Source: a candidate division WOR-3 bacterium
Lineage (GTDB): Bacteria; Hydrothermota; Tepidihabitantia; Tepidihabitantales; Tepidihabitantaceae
Assembly (NCBI GenBank): GCA_965649225.1
Contig: CBFGJX010000010.1
Location: 21,532-85,531, forward strand
Reading direction: 5' to 3'
Length of the DNA: 64,000 nt
Each line of letters opens with the position of its first letter. Position 1 is the stretch's first letter. The notes under the pieces were generated by a model, which was not told the origin of the DNA, did no database searches, and saw only the letters and a program-made list of their open reading frames with translations. A program made the translations under genes and the position numbers. Below, in pieces: positions 1 through 9,764 of this stretch.

Positions 1-437
1 GTGCGGTAGAGGTCGTTGATTTCCTGTGCATTGCGCAGCCGTTCCAGCGAAGTGGGGATAAACACGATGCGCCGGCGTCGGGCCGATGGTATCGGGCGTG
101 GCAGTGGTGCAATGTCGGCGAGGGCGATTCGCCAGTAGGGGGTGGTTGCGCGGGGGTGGTCAGTTTCCGCCGGCAGCAGGTCAATGCGCCGCACGACCGA
201 CAAGTCTGTCACCCGGGCCAGCCAGCTTACTGACCAGCGTTCAGCTCCGAATGCAGCCGGGAAATAGAAACTCAGCCAGCGGATCAGCTGAAGGTTTTCG
301 GGGGCACTGGCAACCGGGATGCGGTACCAGTGTTCACGATTGATGATCCGCCAGTCCCGCCGCGAGGGGACAAGCGCTACCAGGGCCGGAGTTTCCCGAC
401 GGAAACGGCGAATGTCGCCCCAGTCCGCATTCGACAT
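1..437 (-). CDS. N-terminal part of a probable DUF559/Vsr-like endonuclease-domain protein (runs off the window)
   Basis: Missing from the ORF track. Manual translation from ATG 437: MSNADWGDIRRFRRETPALVALVPSRRDWRIINREHWYRIP...HPRATTPYWRI...RRIVFIPTSLERLRNAQEINDLYR. The WYRIP/HPR/EINDL pattern is recalled from proteins with a C-terminal DUF559 domain. Leaderless promoter TTGACG-N16-TACCCT-N6-ATG. Confidence 0.7.
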   Translation of the reverse strand, partial: MSNADWGDIRRFRRETPALVALVPSRRDWRIINREHWYRIPVASAPENLQLIRWLSFYFPAAFGAERWSVSWLARVTDLSVVRRIDLLPAETDHPRATTPYWRIALADIAPLPRPIPSARRRRIVFIPTSLERLRNAQEINDLYR

Positions 438-578
438 TGGCTGAGGGTAGGTGGGCGGCCCGCAGCGTCAAGAGCATCCGGTTGGCATCAGGGTGAAACC
501 GGTTGACAAAGCCGGATTCGGCGGTTACCTTTTGCGCCGATTGCAGCCAGATTGGCAAGTCACCAAGGAGTAAAACCA

Positions 579-1799
579 ATGGCAATAAAGAAGAAGGTGT
601 CGCGGCCGGTCAGAAAGGTCGCCAAGCAGACACCACGCAAACCCGCCAAGCCGGTTGTGAAACCGGGCAAGTCAGGTAAGTCGGCCGATCTCGCCGGCCC
701 CGGCATCAGCACTTACGCGCAGGTCGAAAAGGTACTGCCGGTCGACTATCGCCCGATTCTCGACAACAAGCAGACTCAGCGGGCGATTTACGCGGTCAAG
801 CGCTATGTCGAGGACAACCTTTGCAAAGAGCTGAATCTGCAAATGGTGCAGGTTCCGCTGATCGTTGAACGCGAGAGCGGAATGAACGACAACCTCGATC
901 GCGACGGGTCGCGTACGCCGGTCGAGTTTCCCTGCGGGCTGGGCATCAAGCCGCGGATCAATGCTCAGATTGTTCAGGCGGCGACCAAGTGGAAGCGGTG
1001 GGCGTTGAAGCAGTACGGCTGTGAGGTTGGCGAGGGCATCAACACCGATATGCGGGCCGTGCGCAAAGACTACTTCCTTGACCACGACCACAGTTCGTAT
1101 GTTGATCAGTGGGACTGGGAGAAGGTCATCACGCCGGAGCAGCGCAATCTGGACTATTTGAAGGAAACGGTCCGCAAAATCTGGAAAGTCATCACCGGGG
1201 CCGAGGAATATGTCCAGGAGATGTTTCCGCAGCTGAAGGACCCGCGCTACCCGAATCTGCCCAAGGAACTGACCTTTATCCATGCCGAAGAGATTCTGGA
1301 GCGGTATCCTGACTTGCCGCGCAAGCAGCGCGAAACCCGGATCCTGCAGGACTACTCGCCGGCGGTCTTCATCATCGGCATCGGCTGGGTCCTGAAGGAC
1401 GGCTACCCGCACGAGATGCGGGCCGCCGACTACGACGACTGGGTGACCGACACCTCGCAGTGGACGGGCAAGGACACCCACGGGCTCAACGGCGACATCC
1501 TGGTCTGGAATCACCTGACCAAGCGCCGGCACGAGCTGTCGTCAATGGGCATCCGCGTGACCAAGGAGACATTGAAGCTGCAGCTCAAGCTGTCGGGCCA
1601 GCTCGACCGGCTGAAGCTGCCCTATCACAAGATGATCATGCGCGACGAAATACCGCTTTCGATCGGCGGCGGTATCGGCCAGGGACGGCTGCAGATGTTG
1701 CTGTTGCGCAAGGCGCACTTCGGTGAAGTGACCGTCACCGTCTGGCCGAAGCAGCTCCACCGGATCTGCGAAAAGCACAACATCTTCGTGCTCAAGTAG
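579..1799 (+). CDS. asnA: Aspartate--ammonia ligase with a Lys-rich N-terminal extension
   Basis: Motifs KWKR, HSSYVDQWDWEKVI, RAADYDDW, GLNGDILVW, ELSSMGIRV, SIGGGIGQ. RBS AAGGAG precedes ATG 579. Confidence 0.95.
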   Translation: MAIKKKVSRPVRKVAKQTPRKPAKPVVKPGKSGKSADLAGPGISTYAQVEKVLPVDYRPILDNKQTQRAIYAVKRYVEDNLCKELNLQMVQVPLIVERESGMNDNLDRDGSRTPVEFPCGLGIKPRINAQIVQAATKWKRWALKQYGCEVGEGINTDMRAVRKDYFLDHDHSSYVDQWDWEKVITPEQRNLDYLKETVRKIWKVITGAEEYVQEMFPQLKDPRYPNLPKELTFIHAEEILERYPDLPRKQRETRILQDYSPAVFIIGIGWVLKDGYPHEMRAADYDDWVTDTSQWTGKDTHGLNGDILVWNHLTKRRHELSSMGIRVTKETLKLQLKLSGQLDRLKLPYHKMIMRDEIPLSIGGGIGQGRLQMLLLRKAHFGEVTVTVWPKQLHRICEKHNIFVLK

Positions 1800-1816
1800 C
1801 CCGGGATTCGACCGAC

Positions 1817-1850
1817 ACCGAGGGGCGGCACGATGCCGCCCCTCGGTTTT
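1817..1850 (+). terminator. Intrinsic terminator after asnA
   Basis: accgaggggcggca-cga-tgccgcccctcggt followed by a T run. Confidence 0.85.
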
Positions 1851-2002
1851 GGAGGCTGTTGCCAAGGCGGCGGGTGTGTGCTATGCTGCGGCGTTGGACA
1901 GCGGGTCGGGTAATTGAAAGGCAGGGCAAACAACCGGACAGCGGCGCCCAATCCGCGGCTGACAGGAGTCTGAAACTGGTATTGCGCCAGACCGGGCAGG
2001 AC

Positions 2003-2539
2003 GTGAAAATAACCGAAATCGAAGCCAAAATCCTTGACGTCAACCGGACCGAGGTCGAACGGCGGCTTGTTGAGCTTGGCGCCGAACTGGTGTTTGATGG
2101 TCGGTTGGAGGCGGTCTTCTTTGATTACCCTGATCATCGGCTCGCGGTACAGGGGAGTTGTCTACGCCTGCGGCGGGAAGGGGAGCGGGTAGAGCTTGTC
2201 GGCAAGCTGCGCCGACAAGACAGCGGTGTCAAGATCAGAGAAGAAATCGGCGTCGGGGTCGATGACTTTGACGGTTGTGCCGCGTTGCTTGAGGCAATCG
2301 GACTCGAGATTGTCAAGCAGGCAAGCAAGTGGCGTCGGAGCTGGCAGCTGGAGGGTGTTCGTTGCGAGTTTGACCGGTACGAAGGAGAGCTGGCGTTCAT
2401 TCCGGAGTTTCTGGAAATCGAGGCCGAGAGCGCCGATGCCGTTCGAGAAACTGCTGACCGGCTGGGTTTCACGCCGGAATGTTTGATGCCGTGGGGACTT
2501 GAAGAGCTTGTCAGGCATTACCAGAGCCATGGCACCTGA
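2003..2539 (+). CDS. CYTH-domain protein (class IV adenylate cyclase / triphosphate tunnel family)
   Basis: EIEAK N-terminal motif, LRLR, REE, K.R, FLEIE. GTG start inferred. Confidence 0.85.
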   Translation: MKITEIEAKILDVNRTEVERRLVELGAELVFDGRLEAVFFDYPDHRLAVQGSCLRLRREGERVELVGKLRRQDSGVKIREEIGVGVDDFDGCAALLEAIGLEIVKQASKWRRSWQLEGVRCEFDRYEGELAFIPEFLEIEAESADAVRETADRLGFTPECLMPWGLEELVRHYQSHGT

Positions 2540-2744
2540 GGCCGGTCCGGCCCGAACCGCGTTCATTGATATCGGCTCCAGTCACGTGCGGCTGGTGGCG
2601 GGGAAGCGTCGTGCTGACCGGCTGCATGTGCCGGAGTCACTGCGGCTGCCTGCGCCAACAGGGCCGGATGATTTCCGTCAGGGCAGCGTCACGCCGCCGG
2701 CGGCTGGCAGGCTGGCGGTCCTGAGAGCGGGCTGCAAGCCGTGA
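2529..2744 (+). pseudogene. Truncated remnant resembling the N-terminus of a Ppx/GppA exopolyphosphatase
   Basis: 71 aa ORF containing AFIDIGSSHVRL...ESLRLP...GPDDFRQG, then stops. Confidence 0.5.
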
Positions 2745-3385
2745 TTGGCCGGGAGACCAGCGGATATTTCCGGGCCGACGGCTTGTGGTCCCCGGGTCCA
2801 AAAGAGATTGCCGCGGCAGCGGCGATGCTGGCCGGTGCGTTCAACGCTGATCCGCTCTGGCAGTGGGTGGTTGCCGGCCTGGCGAGACCGGACAGCAGCC
2901 GCCAGGCCGCCTTCGAGGCGGTCTTGCGCTACTGCCAGCGCTACGGTGAAGTATGTGCGGCGACGGCAAGACTGGAAGCGGTCGCGGCTTGGCTGCCGGG
3001 CCGTTTTGCCGACATGGGTTTCGGGCGCATGATTGCCAGCGGCGCAGTGTGGGCTGGATTGCGGCTGGGTTTTGCCGCGGCGCAGCGGATGCGAATGCCA
3101 GCCGCAATGCTTGCCGCCGACCGCAGAGAACACACCGCGGGCCGGCAGTATCTCTATCTGGCAGTGATCGGCGTAGCGGCCGAGTCCCGGGGACAAGGCC
3201 TGGCCGGCCGGTTGTTGCGGGCACTGCTGGCAGAGGCGGATCAGCTTCGGCAGCCGGTTTATCTTGAAACCGAGACCGAGGGCAATGTCGGACTCTACGA
3301 ACGTTTCGGATTTCGCGTGCTGAAGCAGATAACAATTCCACCACCGGCGCTGCCGGTATGGGAGATGTTGCGCGAGCCGGCCTAG
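2741..3385 (+). CDS. GNAT family N-acetyltransferase
   Basis: YLAVIGV...SRGQGLAGRLL acetyl-CoA motif, YLET, NVGLYERFGF. Confidence 0.9.
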   Translation: MIGRETSGYFRADGLWSPGPKEIAAAAAMLAGAFNADPLWQWVVAGLARPDSSRQAAFEAVLRYCQRYGEVCAATARLEAVAAWLPGRFADMGFGRMIASGAVWAGLRLGFAAAQRMRMPAAMLAADRREHTAGRQYLYLAVIGVAAESRGQGLAGRLLRALLAEADQLRQPVYLETETEGNVGLYERFGFRVLKQITIPPPALPVWEMLREPA

Positions 3386-3439
3386 TGCTGCCGGTTTCCG
3401 GCCCTTGCCGGCAACCGGGCAGCGTGCTATTGTACAGCG

Positions 3440-3967
3440 ATGGCAGGCAGAAAACGACCGTGGCGACCGGTCCGGGTTGTAGTCAACGACAAAATGCAGC
3501 AGGGTTATGTCTACTGGCGTACCGAGCCGGCCGGCCGCAATTTTCATCCCGAGTTCAAGCCGGAACTGACGCCGAAGCAGATGCTCGAACTGGGCGTGTT
3601 CGGCGGCTGCTACATGACCGACTGCCAGAACGAATTTCCCCGCAGCTGGTTTCGGCGCGCGCGTCTCTCGCCCGGCTGGCACGACCCGAAGAAGAACTTC
3701 TTTGGCGTGAACGCATCGCAGCCGCTGTCGGTTTGGCGCGCGAAGGGCTGGATTCATCCTGACGACCCGCGCGGCTGGTTTCAGTGGTACTGCCGGTACT
3801 GGTCGGGCCGGCGCGGGCCGGACGACGAACGGCAGATAAAACGCTGGAAGGCGATGGCCCGACACGTCGCGCAGCTGAAGAAACACTGCCGTAAGGGCGA
3901 CCTGTCGTGCCGCCCGCGCCAGCGTCAGGCCTTGCTCAACTGGGCCTACGACAGCCGCAGAATCTAG
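3440..3967 (+). CDS. Conserved hypothetical protein (FGG.Y / DPRGWFQWYCRY / RQALL.WAY family)
   Basis: Clear codon bias and recognisable conserved motifs. Leaderless promoter TTGCCG-N17-TATTGT-N6-ATG. Confidence 0.85.
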   Translation: MAGRKRPWRPVRVVVNDKMQQGYVYWRTEPAGRNFHPEFKPELTPKQMLELGVFGGCYMTDCQNEFPRSWFRRARLSPGWHDPKKNFFGVNASQPLSVWRAKGWIHPDDPRGWFQWYCRYWSGRRGPDDERQIKRWKAMARHVAQLKKHCRKGDLSCRPRQRQALLNWAYDSRRI

Positions 3968-4333
3968 TCAACTGTGGCCGTTCGAGCCGGGCGGTTCGGC
4001 AGCAGACTGCAGTGCCACTTGGCACCGCCGAGGCAGCAGCACGTCCGGTTGGCGCGCAGGCAAGGCCGAGCTCTGCACCCACAGACGAATCATGCAACCC
4101 GATGCAGAGCCTGCCGAGGTGCAAAGCTGCGGGTGATACTCCCGCGCCGCCAGACGAGGTCGCAGTCGTGTCGGCGGCCGGATTGAAGACGCGAGGGCGT
4201 CGCAAATCTGGCAGCCGGGAGCATGATAGAAGGTGCTGGAAATGTGATTTCGGTCGCTATAAACTGGGACGGTGAGGCTTGGCATGACGCGGCCCGGGCC
4301 TGTGGTCAGCTGAAGCGCAGGGAGGTATGACTA

Positions 4334-5899
4334 ATGAATCATATAACACAGCGACCGGCCGGCATGACGGCGGTTCTCTTCGTCCTGCTCGGGCTGCTGC
4401 TGTCCTGTCATCAGCCGATTGACTGGACCGCACTGAATGAGCAAACGGTTGAACGGAATCTCGGCGCGCTTCGGACCGCTGAGGACGTCTACCTGGCAAG
4501 ACTGGCCGGCGGCGACATCTCGACCGCAGCCGAGGAAGCGCGGGCCAGCCTGCTCGGCCAGCCCGGGGTTGACACCGCGACAATCTCGCCCGACAGCACG
4601 GTCTGGGTCATCTTCAGCAACGGACTCGTTGCCGGCATCTGCGAGCGGACATTCGATACCACCGCCGGTCGCGGCCCGGTTGCCGCCCGACGCCTGCCGG
4701 ACTTCGACCGGCAGCCGGTTGTCATCAGTGGCGGCGTCGTCGCGCCCAGCCCGCGTATCTTTGCCCCTTTTGCCGAGGAACTGCTGGGAACCGCGCTTGA
4801 AACCTATGATGTCTGGGAGATGTGTCGAGGCTGCTACGGACTGCGTCAGGCCGAGTTCTGGACCAACACTGCGGTTACGGTTCAGCGCGTCAAGGCCCAA
4901 TTGCGGGATGCCCGCTCGCTTTTTTTCTGGACCGGGCACGGCTGTCTGGTTTCCCCCTTCCTGGGAGCGCCGCCCTGCGCTGCGCTCCTGACCGGCAGGG
5001 GCTACTCGCAGGGTGAGATGGCGGCTGCCATCGCCACCGAGTTTCGTGACGATGCCAGGTCGGGGCCCGCCGGGCCCCGACTGGCTTTTGCCGCGCACGG
5101 CCGTCGGTTCTACCCGGTGATTCTGCCGGAGTTCGTCCGTGCCTACGGCCGGTTCGACAACTCCGAGCCCTACTGGAAGACAATCGCATACATCGCGGCC
5201 TGCTTCAGCGCCTATCAGACCAACCCGGAACTGGAGCAGGCTTTCCACGATGCCGGCGCCGACCTTTTCTGCGGCTACGACTGGGCAGTGCACGACATGT
5301 TCGCCTACAATCTGGACACGACCTTCATCGGCGCTCTGGCCGATACCTGCGTGCCGATGGAGGCGCTGGCGCTGCTCGGTAGTGTCACGGATCCGGACCC
5401 GGTGATGTGGCGCAATGCGAGCTTCCGGATGAGCGGTGACACGCTGGTGATGCTGCGGCACGTGCTTGACGGAAGGCGCGACGGCAGGCCGTTTCGCGCC
5501 GGCGCGGTGGTCGCCACCGCCGGCGGTCAGGCGAACCTGCAGGGAGCGGTCGTAGCCACGGGCGACTCGGAACCGAGCTGGCAGGTGACGGTCGCCTGTC
5601 CCGCCGGCAGCGGCAGTTACGAGATTCAGACCTGCGACGATGCATTCCTCTGTCTGATTGACAACCGCGAGTCGCGGGTGTACTACGCCATCAGAGGTTA
5701 CGTCGGCGTGAGCGGTACCATTGACATCACCCGGTATGACGCCGAGTTGATAGCTGGTCGGTACTCCGGGACGCTTGGTTACTGGGCACCCGGACTGCTA
5801 CCGAACAGGGACCAGCCGACCGCGACACTGACCATCACTGACGGCCGCATCAAGCACACCGGCTGGCGCGTCGGTTCCGGCCTGCCGGGACTGCCTTGA
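4334..5899 (+). CDS. Lipoprotein with a putative caspase/gingipain-fold (clan CD) protease domain
   Basis: RBS GGAGG; lipobox LLSC; FFWTGHG ... YIAACFS ... AGADLFCGY. Confidence 0.65.
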   Translation: MNHITQRPAGMTAVLFVLLGLLLSCHQPIDWTALNEQTVERNLGALRTAEDVYLARLAGGDISTAAEEARASLLGQPGVDTATISPDSTVWVIFSNGLVAGICERTFDTTAGRGPVAARRLPDFDRQPVVISGGVVAPSPRIFAPFAEELLGTALETYDVWEMCRGCYGLRQAEFWTNTAVTVQRVKAQLRDARSLFFWTGHGCLVSPFLGAPPCAALLTGRGYSQGEMAAAIATEFRDDARSGPAGPRLAFAAHGRRFYPVILPEFVRAYGRFDNSEPYWKTIAYIAACFSAYQTNPELEQAFHDAGADLFCGYDWAVHDMFAYNLDTTFIGALADTCVPMEALALLGSVTDPDPVMWRNASFRMSGDTLVMLRHVLDGRRDGRPFRAGAVVATAGGQANLQGAVVATGDSEPSWQVTVACPAGSGSYEIQTCDDAFLCLIDNRESRVYYAIRGYVGVSGTIDITRYDAELIAGRYSGTLGYWAPGLLPNRDQPTATLTITDGRIKHTGWRVGSGLPGLP

Positions 5900-5919
5900 T
5901 TCGGCATCAGCGCTGCCGC

Positions 5920-6120
5920 GTGGTCATGAACGACAGGATGCGGCAGGGTTGATTTTCGCGGTATTGCCGTTACCGGGCTGGCCGGCGCGGGCCGGACGAC
6001 GAACGGCAGTTCGGTGCAGAGGGGATTGCCCGGCCCGCGGCGCAGCTGAAGAAGAACTGCCGCAGGGGCGACCAGTTGTGCCGGCCGCGCCAGCGCTAGG
6101 CCCTGCGCAACTGGCCTGCG
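5920..6120 (+). pseudogene. Internally deleted, degenerate copy of the 3440-3967 gene
   Basis: 5920-5950 resembles about 3476-3506. 5980-6009 is identical to 3806-3835 (30 nt). Similarity continues to about 6120 and includes a CAG>TAG change. Confidence 0.85.
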
Positions 6121-6235
6121 CCGGCTGGCGGGGTTGGCTGCACGGCGAAACCGCTTGCGCCCAGTCCGGAAGATGGTACATTGTGAGCCATGACGATCGG
6201 ACCCGGTTCGGGCCCCAAACCCGACAGGAGCGGTA

Positions 6236-7633
6236 TTGAGCCAACACGGCCCCAGTCCGTTTGACCTGCTTGTCCCCGACCTGCGCGAGGCACTGGCGTC
6301 GGGTGAGACGGACGAACTGCGCGAGTTTCTGACCGATACCCATCCGAAAATTGCCGCCGAGGTGCTTGCTCGGCTGGAGCCGGGCGAGGCAGCGGCAATC
6401 CTGCGCTGCGCACCATCGCGGGTGCAGGCGGAGGTGTTCAGCCATTTCGATACCGCTCTGCAGATGGCACTGCTGGATGAGCTGCCCCGGGAAGAACTGG
6501 GCCGGTTGCTTTCCGACATGCCGCCCGATGACCGGGTGGATATGTTCAAGCAGATACCCGAGGACCGGCGCGAGGCTTTGCTGCCGGCGATGGCTCAGGC
6601 CGAGCGGGAAGACGTCCGCCGGCTGCTCTCCTATCCCGAGGGCACCGCCGGCGCAATAATGACATCGGAGTATGCGACGCTTGCCCCCGACGAAACGGTC
6701 GAGAGCGCACTCGCCCGGCTGCGGCGTGAGGCACCCGACAAGGAGACGATTTACTACTCCTATGTGCTGGATGAAAACCGTCACCTGCTCGGCTATGTCT
6801 CGCTCAAGGATCTGATACTGGCGCGTCCCGAAACACGGGTGCGCGACGTGATGCGCACCGATCCGATTTCCGTTCGTGCTACTGATGATCAGGAGGCAGC
6901 GGCGCGCACCATTCAGAAATACGACCTCATCGCTCTACCGGTGGTGGATGCGGAAAATGCGCTGGTCGGTATCATTACCCACGACGACGCCTCGGACGTG
7001 CTGACGCAGGAGCAGACCGAGGATGTTGAAAAACTGATGGGCATCAGCGGTGAGCACGCCTCGTATGCCTACATGAAAACTTCGCCGTTTGGCCATTTTC
7101 GCAACCGGGTTGGCTGGATTGTCGGTCTTGCCGTGCTCGGGCTGGTGTCAGGTTTTATCGTCTATCGTTTTGAGGCGCTGCTGGCCCAGATAGCAATACT
7201 TGCCACCTTCATGCCGATGCTGGCCGACACCGGTGGCAACACCGGCAGTCAGTCGGCCACGCTGGTCATCCGGGCGCTCGCCTTGGGGGAAATCGCTCCC
7301 CGTGATACCCTGCGAGTGCTGTTGCGGGAGCTGACAACGGCACTGCTGCTGGCGCTGGTGTTGGGAATATTCGCCGTCGGGCGGGTGATGGTCTTCGGCG
7401 GCGGGCGTACGCTGCCGCCGGGCGTGACTCCTCTGGAACTTGGTCTGGTCGTTGCCTGTGCACTTGGTCTGCAGGTCGTCACCAGCACGCTGATCGGTGC
7501 AGTGCTACCACTGGTGGCAGCCCGGTTGAAGATGGACCCGGCGGTGGTGGCCAGTCCGGCACTTACCACCATTGTTGACATTACCGGTCTGTTGATATTT
7601 TTCACCACCGCCAAACTGATGCTGGGGTTATAG
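6236..7633 (+). CDS. mgtE: Magnesium transporter MgtE
   Basis: MgtE N domain, CBS pair (TAGAIMT, YDLIALPVVD), GGNTGSQS, DPAVVASPALTTIVD. Confidence 0.95.
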   Translation: MSQHGPSPFDLLVPDLREALASGETDELREFLTDTHPKIAAEVLARLEPGEAAAILRCAPSRVQAEVFSHFDTALQMALLDELPREELGRLLSDMPPDDRVDMFKQIPEDRREALLPAMAQAEREDVRRLLSYPEGTAGAIMTSEYATLAPDETVESALARLRREAPDKETIYYSYVLDENRHLLGYVSLKDLILARPETRVRDVMRTDPISVRATDDQEAAARTIQKYDLIALPVVDAENALVGIITHDDASDVLTQEQTEDVEKLMGISGEHASYAYMKTSPFGHFRNRVGWIVGLAVLGLVSGFIVYRFEALLAQIAILATFMPMLADTGGNTGSQSATLVIRALALGEIAPRDTLRVLLRELTTALLLALVLGIFAVGRVMVFGGGRTLPPGVTPLELGLVVACALGLQVVTSTLIGAVLPLVAARLKMDPAVVASPALTTIVDITGLLIFFTTAKLMLGL

Positions 7634-7788
7634 CGTCCGGCTTGGCGTCGCGCCCGACTGTGCTGCTCCCGACTGATTGACAGTATTGCAGTCAGCGTTG
7701 TGCTTTTTTTGGGGGGGTGACGCGAGCCCCGAAAGGCCGGACAAAGCAGATTGCCGGGTGGGGCCATTCCAGCCTGCTAAGGGGAGCA

Positions 7789-8436
7789 ATGGAAAGCATG
7801 ACAATGCCGCTGATCGGCGACCGGTTTCCCGATATCACCGTGCATACCGCGCACGGTCTCAAGAATCTGCCCGGCGATTACAAGGGCAAGTGGCTTACGA
7901 TGTTCTGTCACCCGGCCGACTTTACGCCCGTGTGCACGACCGGGTTTGTTGCGTTCCAGAAGCGCTGGGACGAGTTTCAGAAACTCAACTGCGAGCTCAT
8001 CGGTTTGAGTATCGACCAGGTTTTTTCGCATATCAAGTGGACTCAGTGGATAAAGGCAAGGCTGGGCGTTGAAATCAAGTTCCCGATAATATCGGACGAT
8101 GTCGGCAAGGTGGCGATGCGTCTTGGCCTGATTCATCCGGGCAAAGGCACAAGCACGGTCCGGGCGGTGTTTCTGGTGGACCCGACCGGAGTAGTCAGGA
8201 CCATTCTGTACTACCCGCAGGAGCTGGGCCGCAATATGGACGAGCTTTTGCGGATGGTGAAGGCGTTGCAAATCTCGGACGCCAAGAAGGTCGCGATGCC
8301 GGCCAACTGGCCCGACAATGAGCTGGTCGGGGACCATGTCATTATCCCGCCGGCGCGTGACGAGGCAACAGCAGCCAAGCGGCCGAGCGAGTACGAGTGC
8401 TTTGACTGGTGGTTCTGCCACAAGAGGCTGGACTGA
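7789..8436 (+). CDS. Peroxiredoxin (Prx6 / archaeal-type, with C-terminal CxDWWFC)
   Basis: [48 protein letters not shown]. Confidence 0.92.
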   Translation: MESMTMPLIGDRFPDITVHTAHGLKNLPGDYKGKWLTMFCHPADFTPVCTTGFVAFQKRWDEFQKLNCELIGLSIDQVFSHIKWTQWIKARLGVEIKFPIISDDVGKVAMRLGLIHPGKGTSTVRAVFLVDPTGVVRTILYYPQELGRNMDELLRMVKALQISDAKKVAMPANWPDNELVGDHVIIPPARDEATAAKRPSEYECFDWWFCHKRLD

Positions 8437-8517
8437 TGATTCGGCAACAGACTGAACAGACAGTTGACCGGTGGCCAAAGCCGGCGCAGAATGGCGCAGA
8501 ACTACAAAGGAGGAGTC

Positions 8518-9636
8518 TTGCACTGTCTGACGGTACTGCTTTGCGCCGGTTGCGTGCTTGCCGGGCCGCTGTTTGACTGGCAGACCACGACCGAGCTGCC
8601 GCGCGGTTCGTGGCGGCACGCCTGTGCCGCGACCGCGAATCACCTTTACTTTCTTGCTGGCGGTGAGGGGCCGCAGGCCGACTGCTACTTCGCCCGATTC
8701 AATCCGGACGGCACGATTGGACAGTGGGTCGCGACGACAAGCCTGCCTGTGCCGCTGGGTTGGTTCTCGGCTGAGGCGACGGCGAGCCACATCTATGTTG
8801 TCGGCGGCTGGAACAACTCCGGGTTGACCAGTACGGTGCGCTACGCAGCGATTGATTCAACCGGTGCGCTCGGGGTGTGGCAGACGACGACGAGCCTGCC
8901 CGTGCCGTTGTACACCCATGGCGGCATCCTCGTTGATTCCTGCATCTACACCGTCGGCGGTGCAACCGGCATCGGCCAGCCGGTAGTGGCCGATGTGCGC
9001 TTCGCGCGCATTCAGCCGGACGGGAATCTCGGTGCATGGCAGGCCACTACCCCGCTGCCCGGGGTGAATCGCCTCAACGGCATTGTTTATTACAACGGTT
9101 TCATTTACTCGCTGGGGGGCCGACCCGATGCTGCGCCGACCGGAGCGGTGTGGTACGCCGCTCGCAATCCTGACGGCACACTCGGGTCATGGCAGACTGC
9201 CACCAGCCTGCCGGCGGCGGTCGAAGGCGCCACCTGTGTGGCACTTGCCGGGCGGCTGTATGTGGTCAGCGGACTGACGGCAAACTGCTGGTCGGCGCCG
9301 GTCAACCCCGACGGCAGTGTCGGCCAGTGGACGGCTGAGCCTGCTCTGCCCCAGCCCCGCTGGGCTGCGGACGGCCTGGAACATGCCGGCAGGATTTACG
9401 TCCCCGGCGGCTATCTTTCCTCGGGTCAGAGCACGGTGTACTACTCATCACCGCTGGTTGGCGTCGCCGAAGGGCCGGCACGGGTGACGCGGCGTCGTGC
9501 GCTCCCGGTCGGGGCTGCGGCGGAATGCGAGCTGTACGACGCGCTTGGCCGCCGAGTGTCGGCCGGCCGGGTCCGCAGCGGGGTTTACTTCATCCCGTCG
9601 GCAGGCGGCGACAGCAAGGCGATACTCGTCCGCTAG
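8518..9636 (+). CDS. Secreted Kelch-repeat beta-propeller protein with T9SS-like CTD
   Basis: Repeats of Y..GG...Y.A...DG.LG.WQ.TT.LP; ends LYDALGRRV...GVYFI. TTG start after GGAGG. Confidence 0.85.
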   Translation: MHCLTVLLCAGCVLAGPLFDWQTTTELPRGSWRHACAATANHLYFLAGGEGPQADCYFARFNPDGTIGQWVATTSLPVPLGWFSAEATASHIYVVGGWNNSGLTSTVRYAAIDSTGALGVWQTTTSLPVPLYTHGGILVDSCIYTVGGATGIGQPVVADVRFARIQPDGNLGAWQATTPLPGVNRLNGIVYYNGFIYSLGGRPDAAPTGAVWYAARNPDGTLGSWQTATSLPAAVEGATCVALAGRLYVVSGLTANCWSAPVNPDGSVGQWTAEPALPQPRWAADGLEHAGRIYVPGGYLSSGQSTVYYSSPLVGVAEGPARVTRRRALPVGAAAECELYDALGRRVSAGRVRSGVYFIPSAGGDSKAILVR

Positions 9637-9764
9637 TTCCCGGCCCGGCCGGGCCGGGAACTGATTTGCAGACCGGCTCTCGACCGTTCAAGCAGGGCGA
9701 CAGGCCCTATCGCGACGTACGCCGCAATCGTCGGCAAGCCAGCGCCGGCCTTGGCGGGCGTCCA

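Noticed and set aside
3975..4320. Several short hairpins upstream of the lipoprotein gene
   Set aside because: The stems are short and GC-rich, without a nested architecture or known motif; consistent with chance.
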